NCBI RefSeq assembly: GCF_006345805.1
Contig: NW_021824790.1
Span: 1-17,537, forward strand
Origin: Octopus sinensis
Lineage: Eukaryota
Direction: 5' to 3'
Length of the DNA: 17,537 nt
Part shown: positions 9,010 through 17,537 of the stretch, one piece after another
Layout of the letters: every line of letters begins with the position of its first letter
Numbering within the stretch: position 1 is the stretch's first letter
The notes under the pieces: generated by a model
Told to the model about the DNA's origin: nothing
Database searches by the model: none
Seen by the model: the letters and a program-made list of their open reading frames with translations, nothing else
Position numbers and translations under genes: made by a program

Positions 9010-9266
9010 TGTTCCTTCTCGAGCCGCGCCTGGCTCATAGGGCCGGTTTCCCGGTTCTCCACCTGAACGATACACCGGTCCGTCACAGGTGATCTGCAAG
9101 ATGCAGGAGAAAAGAGTGAGAAAGAGTTGTGGCGAAAGAGTCAGCAGAAGTTCACGAGGAGCTTAGATGCTTCGCTCATAAACACACACATAGCCCGGTC
9201 TGACATTTGAACACGCGATCCCGCGACCGCGAGTCCGCTGCTCTAACCACTAGGCCATGTGCCTCC
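8996..9266 (-). mobile_element. tRNA-derived SINE with (CAA)n tail
   Basis: Minus-strand head GGCCTAGTGGTTAGAGC (A box) ... GTTCAAAT (B box); ends GAAGGAACAAACAACAACAAC. Confidence 0.85.
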
Positions 9267-9288
9267 ACACACACACACACACACACAT

Positions 9289-9445
9289 ACGATGGGCTTC
9301 TTTCAGTTTCCGTATACCAAACCCATTTAGATGGTGTTGGTCGGCCCGAGGCTACAGTAAAAGACACTTGCCCAAGGTGCCACGTAGTGGAACTGAACTC
9401 GGAACCATGTGTTTGGGAAGCAAGCTTCTTACCACACAGCCACGC
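9289..9445 (-). mobile_element. tRNA-derived SINE head with CORE-like segment
   Basis: Minus strand GCGTGGCTGTGTGGTAAG (A box), GAGTTCAGTTCC (B box), CACCTTGGGCAAGT (CORE-like), followed by (TG)n. Confidence 0.85.
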
Positions 9446-10215
9446 TAACACATATATTTATGTTTGTAGAGTGGGGTTGTATGTATATAGATGTGTATGT
9501 ATATATATTCATGTCTGGAGAATTTTTTATTCTTACATGTTTTCCTACATGTAAATTTTTTTAACTCTTATTAGCAAACGAAACACATGTAATGGTGAAT
9601 AAATAATACTAAAGACATTTTTCCAATTTCTCCTGTTGGTGTATACATATTTAAGGATTGGTAAACTTCTTAAATCATTGACAGATTCATGGAAACGTAA
9701 GTTACTTATTGATTCCTGTCATATAAATTTCTAATATAAAGCGAAGAAAATATGTATATAATTAATACAAAAATTTATTGATTTAACAAGAATGATTCCT
9801 TCGTGTTTTTGTGCGATTTCATCACTTCAAAAGTCTTTAAAGAATTTTAATAAAAATATTTAACGAAGTTGATAAAGAATCATATAAATTCTGTCATATT
9901 CAGCTAATATAGTTGGAATATTAATGGGAACCATGTTCTTGGTGAATATCAGTTATTCGGTGAATATTTGGTTCAAAGTTTTAACCTTAAATCACTGTGT
10001 TCTTCCAGATTTTATTCTCAAATAATTCAGCACCTTCAATACCCAGACTTGCTGCAAGTATTTGTGGACCGCTGGGGTAGCTACACAGCTGCTCTACACT
10101 CCACTAGCTCGGAGGTTAATATTGACAAATTTGCTGACCACGGCTAAATAGAGAAATAGATAGATAAATAGATAGATAGATACATGCATACACACACACA
10201 CACGTGTATATATAT

Positions 10216-10552
10216 TCTTTTATTCTTTTTTCTTTTATTTGTTTCAGTCATTTGACTGCGGCCATGCTGGAGAACCACCTTTAGTCGAGCGAATTGACCC
10301 CATGACTTATTCTTTGTAAGCCTCCTAATTATTTTATCGGTCTCCCTTGCCGAACCGCTAAGTGACGGGGACATAAACACACAAGCATCGGTTGTTACGC
10401 GGTGGTGGGGACAAACACAGGTCTAACAAATCCATTAACAAGGCTTTGGTCGATCCGAGCCTATAGTAGAATGCACTTGCCTAAGGTGCCACGCAGTGGG
10501 ACTGAACCCGGAATCATGTGGTTGGTAAGTAATCTACTTGCCACACAGCCAT
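10216..10552 (-). mobile_element. SINE of the 9289-9445 family: head and 3' body, middle deleted
   Basis: Head GGCTGTGTGGCAAG...GGGTTCAGTTCC...CACCTTAGGCAAGT joins directly to TGTGTTTGTCCCC...AAATGACTGAAACAAATAAAAGA. Confidence 0.82.
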
Positions 10553-10576
10553 TCCTGCACCTATATATATATATAC

Positions 10577-10608
<32 letters not shown>

Positions 10609-10758
10609 AAGAGAAATGGAGAAATAAAATGTTATATAGATACATATAGATACACCTGTATATATATGCATATATGCTCTTATTTCAAAAATTATTAAAA
10701 TTATTTAATCACTTCTTTATTAATGAAGCCTAATTGTTGTTTTGATATGATCTTTGCT

Positions 10759-11191
10759 TAAGGTGGTGAGCTCTCAGAATTGTTACGAAGCCGGGAAAAA
10801 TGTTCCACTTGATTTCAGAGTTTTAATGCCGTCGGAATCTACTTTAATTTTCATCCTTTCGGGACCTATAAAATGCTAGTTGAAGAATGAGGTCGATTCA
10901 ATCGTTTTTAGCCCTTTCACAAAAGTGCTGGCTTTGTGCCAAACTTGGAAACCATTATTATCTGTCCTCAAAGTGGTTAGCTCGCAGAGTCGTAACGGTA
11001 TTGGGAAAAATGCTTAGCGACATTTTTTTCCGACTTTACATTCTGAGTTCAAATACCGTCGTGAGCGACTTTAGCCTTATATACGCCCAGAATCAATAAA
11101 CTAAGTACAAGTTGAACACTGGGGTCGATTTAATCGACTTACTTCCTTCCCTAAAATTGCTGGCCTTGTGCCAAAATTTGAAATGATTATT
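10759..11191 (+). mobile_element. Two head-to-tail degenerate SINE copies (family also at 14626-15225)
   Basis: Copies at about 10759-10960 and 10970-11191. Shared AAATGCTTAGCG, CTGAGTTCAAAT, TTTCATCCTTTCGGG, CTGGGGTCGAT..ATCGACTT and tail GCTGGC(C/T)TTGTGCCAAA. Confidence 0.75.
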
Positions 11192-11524
11192 GTCTCTCCT
11201 TCATATCGGAATTCTAATTCGTTTGATCTTTCTGAAGTTTGATATATCGCTTTTCTCGCTCGTTTCTTTTCTTTCCTTGTTTCTCTACATATATATTCCC
11301 CATCCCACCACGACCACCACTACCATATGCATATAAAGAGGATGCATTTTTTACAATACATTATTTCCTGTGTATTTTCATTTGATGTTTATATTTCACT
11401 ACTTTAGTAAGAATTGCTGTTGCCGCTGAAAATAAAATTACATCTAGAGTTCTGATTGTTTTTGCTACAGTTGTCGCTACAGCGGCATAGAGTTCGCTAT
11501 ATTTGCTCATCTTTTCTATTTACA

Positions 11525-11786
11525 CACTCACACACAAACGTATATACTATGTGAAATTTTATTTATATACATACATAAATTTATGCATATTGTATATATA
11601 TATATAGAGAGAGAGAGAGAGTGAGAGAGAGAGGGAGAGAGAGAGAGGGAGAGAGAGAGAGAGAGGAGATATATTTGTATATATATGTATGGATATATAT
11701 ATTTATATATATATGTGCATACATACATGTGTGTATGTATATATATATATATAAACACGTATAAATATATATATATATACAAACAT

Positions 11787-11853
<67 letters not shown>

Positions 11854-11990
11854 CATATCAAAGTAAATATATATATATATATACGTTCGCGAGTGTAAAT
11901 ACAGTGGATGCGTAAAAAGATGAAATACATATACATCAAAATGCATACACACACATGCACACAGTCACGCGCGCGCACTACACACACACA
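11525..11990. repeat. Compound TA/GA/CT/CA microsatellite
   Basis: Direct inspection. Confidence 0.9.
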
Positions 11991-12424
11991 CATATTCCCC
12001 TCGCGCGTACGCACGCACGCGTGCACACTCACACTCATACACACACTTGTAACTGTTGGTGTTCTAGACGCAGCAGTTGTCGTCCATAAGTGTCATATGA
12101 CGTCAAAATTCTTGTTTTCTCTTCCGCATTGTTTTTCTCCTTTTCAATTCGCAATGCATTTGCGTTTTCAGATGTCGCTCAACGTTGAAAGAAATTCCAC
12201 TCTGCGCTCTACAATAAAGTACTTGAAGCGAAAGAAGCTGTCGTGTGGTGTTATAGCGGGGATGGTCTTAATGTCTTTTCGTCGTGGCGACGGTGGCTGT
12301 GTTTTAAGATTTCAAGAACGCCATAATGCATATTTATTGTCAAAAATACAATGTCAATATATTTTAGTGTTTTAGCTTCGCTTTTGTTATTAGTATTATA
12401 TTGTTTCAGTTTTCTTTCAGGTTA

Positions 12425-12510
12425 TGTATGTATAGGTATGCATACGCATACATGTATGCATGTAGATACAAACGCATATATATATTATACACACACACAC
12501 ACACACACAT

Positions 12511-12561
<51 letters not shown>

Positions 12562-12766
12562 TATACATATATATATACACATATTCATACATATGTATAT
12601 GGGTGTATATATATATATATATGCATATATGCATACATACAATATTATATATATATATATATACATATATATACATATGTATAAATATATATATATATAC
12701 ATATACATATATATATACACATATATATACATATATATACATATATATACATATGTATAAATATAT

Positions 12767-12798
<32 letters not shown>

Positions 12799-12915
12799 AT
12801 ATATATATATACATGTATATATATATATATATAATATATATATATATATGCATATATACAAATATACAATACACACACAAAAAACACACACACACACACA
12901 AACACACACACATTC
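12425..12915. repeat. Compound CA/TA microsatellite
   Basis: Direct inspection. Confidence 0.93.
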
Positions 12916-13234
12916 ATACACGGTCGTCACTCACAATCGAGTAAGACATCGCATTAGCAAAAGCCATGCACTTGCGCTAACATGCTAAGCGTAGTTTCGC
13001 GGAGACGCAGCCACACCGCGCACGAGGGGAAGATCAAGACGTTAAGGGTTGATTGAGTAGAGAGGCCTGCTTCTCGGCATTTGACAGTGAGTTTAATTTG
13101 TCGTCCTAGTAGGATGGTAGGATGACGTGAAAAATGGACGACGTCGACTTCAACTAAAACCGCTGGAACCAAATTTGCAAAACCACTAGTTGCACGTCAT
13201 TTTATGAATTCAGCCGAAATACACACAAAAGTAT

Positions 13235-13285
13235 TTATATGTATATGTACATGCATATATATATATATATGTATGTTAATATATA

Positions 13286-13345
<60 letters not shown>

Positions 13346-13424
13346 TATACAATACATAATCTATATATTCATATATTCTATATATATATATGTTATGTAT
13401 ATATTCTATATATATATATATATG

Positions 13425-13474
<50 letters not shown>

Positions 13475-13535
13475 ATTCATATATACATCAATTCATGCAT
13501 GTATAGATATCGGTTTGTAAGTGTATCTATATACA

Positions 13536-13566
<31 letters not shown>

Positions 13567-14160
13567 GCATATATAAAAATACATTTAAGTACATACGCAT
13601 ATTTTCACACGTACTTAGTATTATGCATATATGTATAAGCGTATATATAGTTTATATTTCTGAGTTTATATGTATATATATATGCATAGTCACCTAGATA
13701 CAGTGTGTTGTGTTGTGTTTGTGTGTGTGCGTGTGTGTGTGTATGTGTGAGTGTGTGTGTGTACGCGTTAATGTGTGAGAATTTACCCGCCTGTATCTGC
13801 ACAGAAATATGAAAACCAAATTATCATAATACATATTGCGTGTGCATGCGTGCGTATATATATACATCCGCGCCCCCACACATACGTACAGATATTTAGA
13901 GAGAGAGAGTGAGAGAGTGAGAGACAGAGATATGTATATCTATTTGCAGATATACATGCACAATATCTATGTGTATATATTCATATACTTATATAATACA
14001 TTCTTGCACATATATATATGGATACATATATAAAGTGGTTTATAAATATGTTTATATATACATATATAGCACATATTCATAAACTATATTTAATATATAT
14101 ATATAGTTATATGGACACATTTACATGCACGCAGACGCACACTCATACTCACATACATAC
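13235..14160. repeat. Long compound TA/CA/TG/GA microsatellite region
   Basis: Direct inspection; interrupted by short unique stretches. Confidence 0.88.
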
Positions 14161-14460
14161 TTATAAACTACTTTGTCTTGTCTGTCCTATGTACTTTTCT
14201 CACTCTTGGAATGGCAAATTGGAAAATTGGAAAAGATTGTTTCGTTCTATTCTCCACTCGTTTTGACAGGAAAATGTCAAGAGACTTCGTTAGCATGGCA
14301 AACCTTTGCATTTCACATGTCAAAACCCAATGACTTATTACATACTCTCTTGTATTGCCAATTATGAGCTTTCAATTATTATTTATTTTATACTGCTTTA
14401 TATTTTACTGTTTCATACGTTTGCCTTTCGTCGGTAAAAGAAATAATCGATATACAGTGG

Positions 14461-14471
14461 TATTGTTACTG

Positions 14472-14503
<32 letters not shown>

Positions 14504-14575
14504 GTTTATCCCTAGGTCAGTTTTGATCGTACAGACCTAATAATGCCCCAGCTGTGACCATCCAGTCATTTTATT
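14461..14575 (-). mobile_element. (GTT/GGT)n tract with adjacent short SINE-like 3' remnant
   Basis: The triplet tract is certain. The adjacent CCCTAGGTCAG...GATCGTACAGACCTA...TGACCATCC resembles a recalled cephalopod repeat end. Confidence 0.4.
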
Positions 14576-14625
14576 AGCCATGGAAAACAAATGGTTACGA
14601 TGTAGCAGAATCCATACTGATACAT

Positions 14626-15225
14626 CGGCGAGCTGGCAGAAACGTTAGCACGTCGGGGGATATGCTTAGCGGCATTTCCGCTGCCACTACGTTCTGAGTT
14701 CAAATTCCGCCGAGTCGACTTTGCCTTTCATCCTTTCGGGGTCGATTAAATAAGCGCCAGTTACGCACTAGGGTCGATATAATCGACTTAATCCGTTTGT
14801 CTGTCCTTGTTTGTCCTCTCTGTGTGGCTAGTAAAGAAATAGGGATTTCTTCTGCCGCTATGTTCTGAGTTCAAATTCCACCGAGGTGGACTTTGCCTTT
14901 CATCCTTCCGGAGCTGATTAAATAAGTACCATTCACGCACTGGGGTCGATATAATCGACTTAATCCCTTTGTTTGTCCTTGTTTCTCCCCTCTATGTTTA
15001 GCCCCTTGTGGGTAATAAAGAAATAAGAAACTATACTTGGCCGGACAAAATGCTTAGCGGCATATATTCCGTTCTTATGTTTTGAGCTCAAATTCCGTCG
15101 TGGCTGAATTTTCCTTCATCCTTTCAGGGTCGATATAATAAGTACCAGTCGAGCAGTGGGGCCGATGTAATCAACTTGCCTCCTCTCAAAATTCCATATC
15201 TTGTGCTAATAGTAAAAAGGAAAAT
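14626..15225 (+). mobile_element. Three head-to-tail SINE copies
   Basis: Copies at about 14626-14843, 14844-15027 and 15028-15225. A box TGGCAGAAACG occurs only in copy 1; B box GAG(T/C)TCAAATTCC occurs in all three. Confidence 0.88.
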
Positions 15226-15424
15226 AAAGCGAAAACGATAATAACCGAAGAAGGAGCACAAAAGACTCGTCCGTAAAAGATCATTGAATTGTAAACTGTT
15301 TACTCGGTTAATCTGTTCATTGATTTCCATGTTGTTTGAAACACAAAGATATATTTATGGGAACAGGAGGAAACGGATATCATTCAAAGTATTCATGGGA
15401 CAGAGCTGGTACTTGTATATAATG

Positions 15425-15703
15425 TCTTCTTCTTCTTCTTCTTCTTCTTCTTCTTCTTCTTCTTTTCTTTCTTCTTCTTCTTCCCTCCTCTTTTCTGCTT
15501 CTTCTTCTGCCTTCTCTTCTCTTCTTCTTCTTCTTCTTCTTCTTCCCTCTTCTTCTTCTTCTTCTTCTTCTTCTTCTTCTCCTCTTTCTTCTTCTCTTCT
15601 TCTCTCTTCTTCTTCTTCTTCTTCCCTCCTTCTTCTTGCTTCTTCTTCTTCTTCTTCTTATCTTCTTCTTCTTCTTCTTCTTCTTCTTCTTCTTCTTTTC
15701 TTC
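15425..15703. repeat. Imperfect (CTT)n tract, probably the expanded (GAA)n tail of the adjacent LINE
   Basis: About 280-bp polypyrimidine triplet tract directly abutting the LINE 3' end. Confidence 0.93.
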
Positions 15704-16290
15704 GTCCAGGTTGATAGACGGTAAGGCGAGGTTGACCAGACAACTCCACCCCCGAAAATGACTGAATTGGAGCATCCTCTGAAACATCAGACAGAGATGG
15801 TTATCGTGTAGTATATATCCTCTGCACATAACATCGAGTCTTGTCCCAGTCTTTTTATTCACCAGATTGGACTCTTTACTCTTTGATCCACGAGAAAGAC
15901 GGCACTTCAATAGAGACAAAATGAATTCACTGGCAATGCCTTCTGCAGAGAGACCTTAGTACAAGGAGGTGATGATACCTATGTCTGCGCTGGGACTGCA
16001 GTATCGTAGACCTTGATGTTCCCTTTTGAGAGGTACGGTCTTTTGCAGCTTCACTCGTCGATGGTACTGAGGTTCGAGGACCAGCGAAGTCCAACATTGT
16101 ATGAATTGTATGTGGAATATCGGCAAGTGCTTAGAATACTTTTCCAGCCGAGGTGGTACATTAATTTTGCATTCTATCGAGAGCTAATCGTGGACAAGAA
16201 CAACAGAAATTGTACGGAGGTCCGCCATTTGGATTGCACGCATAATTCAAAAGATATAGCCTTGTCGCACAGAACGTGTTACGCCGACCC
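15704..16290 (-). mobile_element. Heavily decayed RTE-X-like LINE 3' fragment
   Basis: Frameshifted traces of IFLYACESWTL, AGP..LSTI.RRKL, TKVSLQ, SRG and NIKDWTRLDV, ending in the (GAA)n tail. Confidence 0.55.
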
Positions 16291-16388
16291 TGTCAGAGAA
16301 TTATGTTAAGGATATGCGTATTTGTGCCACTTACACGTTAATTCAGGGATAGATAATTAAGCTTATGTAACTGTTGAAATCTCATCGT

Positions 16389-16784
16389 CTAACGACAGAG
16401 ATCCAGCACTCTATGTCTAATTCTATTGGATTGTCTGGAAAGTTCGTGCCGAATTTTGTACCCAAGCTTTAACAGGTGCTCATGAACGATGGATTTTGAT
16501 AGGTTGAGGCTTTCTGCCAATTCTCGGGTTGTGGAATGTGGGTTATTCTCAATTAATGACTTGATTTGGTCATCATCTGTAGTGGATGGTCTGCTTGATC
16601 GCTCTTTATCAATAAGGCTACAACCTCCAGCTCGGAACCTTGCGAACCACTTCCGTACAGTTCTTTCGGATAAAGAAGCATCACCGTAAACTGTGCATAT
16701 TTCTTTGGTTGCTTGTGAGGCATTTTTCCCTTTACGGAAAAAGAAAAGCATCAAGTGCCGCAAATGAACTTTCTTATCTTCCAT
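16389..16784 (-). CDS. Truncated mariner transposase (N-terminal paired-like HTH domains only)
   Basis: MEDKKVHLRHLMLFFF...ERTVRKWFARFR...RPS...STTRELAESL...HEHLLKLGY (109 aa), then read-through across the TIR to a stop in the flank. No DD34D catalytic domain. Expression unknown. Confidence 0.6.
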   Translation of the reverse strand: MEDKKVHLRHLMLFFFRKGKNASQATKEICTVYGDASLSERTVRKWFARFRAGGCSLIDKERSSRPSTTDDDQIKSLIENNPHSTTRELAESLNLSKSIVHEHLLKLGYKIRHELSRQSNRIRHRVLDLCR

Positions 16785-16966
16785 TTTAAATGGTTACAGA
16801 ATTAACACAGTTTATAGCAACATAAACCTTCTTCCACGAAAAGATAGCTTAAACTGCGCTCAAAATGGAGGTGAAGTCAAATCCTATTTTATGGACACAA
16901 CCATGTTCTAAGATATGTTGAAAGCTAAGCTACTATAAATCGGCACGAACTTTCCGGACAACCCAA
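16426..16966 (-). mobile_element. Mariner deletion derivative (541 bp) with TIRs and TA TSD
   Basis: TIRs TTGGATTGTCTGGAAAGTTCGTGCCGA and TTGGGTTGTCCGGAAAGTTCGTGCCGA (27 bp, 2 mismatches). TA at 16424-16425 and 16967-16968. Confidence 0.95.
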
Positions 16967-17537
16967 TAAATTCAATGAAATAAAGAACATTATTCTATAT
17001 GATTTAATAAAGTCAACAGTTTGCAATTCATACATTGAAAGCGATTGATTGTTTTTCCTCTTCGCAGGAAATGAGAGAAAGTGTGCTTCATCGACGAAGC
17101 ATAATAAGACCGAAACATTTCAGTAGTTGTCTTTGTACTTCGGAGATAAAAGTTGCACTAAAATTACTCTCCAGTCTCTACAATAGACTCACATTTAAAT
17201 TTTTTAATCAATTTAAATTGTCACCCTTGCCTTCTTACTAAATTAAAATTTCGGAATTGCCTCCCTTGTCGATTAGAATTTATCATTAAAGCTAATAATT
17301 TTCTTTTTTCTTTCTCGCTTGTCATTGTAATTAATTAAATATTTTTTATGCGGTTCACTATATGAAGTATTTTAACAGCCATTTAGTTTTCTTCGATAGC
17401 TTTGAATTTGATGGCTGCTCTACCATAAATCATAGTTTTTCATTTCCTTAATCTTAGAGATAACTTTGTTTTTACGCTACTCTCATATTCTCTTTCACCA
17501 TTTCTAACAGCTTCCGTCCAATCTCACGTTGTTGCCA

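Noticed and set aside
9200-9266. tRNA gene
   Set aside because: A and B boxes are present, but there is no full cloverleaf and it continues into a SINE body and tail.
88-14266. Many YI/HT/CV/RE-rich ORFs in the ORF track
   Set aside because: They are translations of TA, CA and GA microsatellites, with no coding signal.
15240-15285. Hammerhead-like CCGAAGAAGG...CCGTAAAA
   Set aside because: Both core strands are mutated; indistinguishable from chance.
15284-15919. Poly-S/L and poly-K/E/R ORFs
   Set aside because: Translations of the (CTT)n tract.
16013-16309. 98-aa plus-strand ORF
   Set aside because: Antisense to the decayed RTE-X fragment, with no recognisable motif.
17045-17125. Acceptor-like TTTTTCCTCTTCGCAG and hammerhead-like TCGACGAAG...CCGAAACAT
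   Set aside because: No donor site or recognisable peptide; hammerhead core is broken and stem I does not pair.

Overview
AT-rich eukaryotic DNA made almost entirely of microsatellites and decayed transposable elements. The SINE families resemble octopus/cephalopod repeats (from recall, not a database search). No intact host gene is supported, and most listed ORFs are microsatellite artefacts. Main content: (1) a near full-length RTE/RTE-X LINE (645-4199) whose 5' end is inverted and starts with a twister ribozyme motif; (2) a 516-bp insertion inside that LINE, with a 12-bp target-site duplication, 163-bp inverted arms and a hammerhead-like motif at the arm junction; (3) two more hammerhead-like motifs (4358-4404, 6121-6149); (4) two RTE-type 3' fragments; (5) Penelope-like (PLE) remnants in head-to-head orientation; (6) several tRNA-derived SINEs, some in tandem; (7) a 541-bp mariner deletion derivative that keeps only its DNA-binding ORF. 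All alignments, folds and translations were done by eye, and ribozyme activity is untested.
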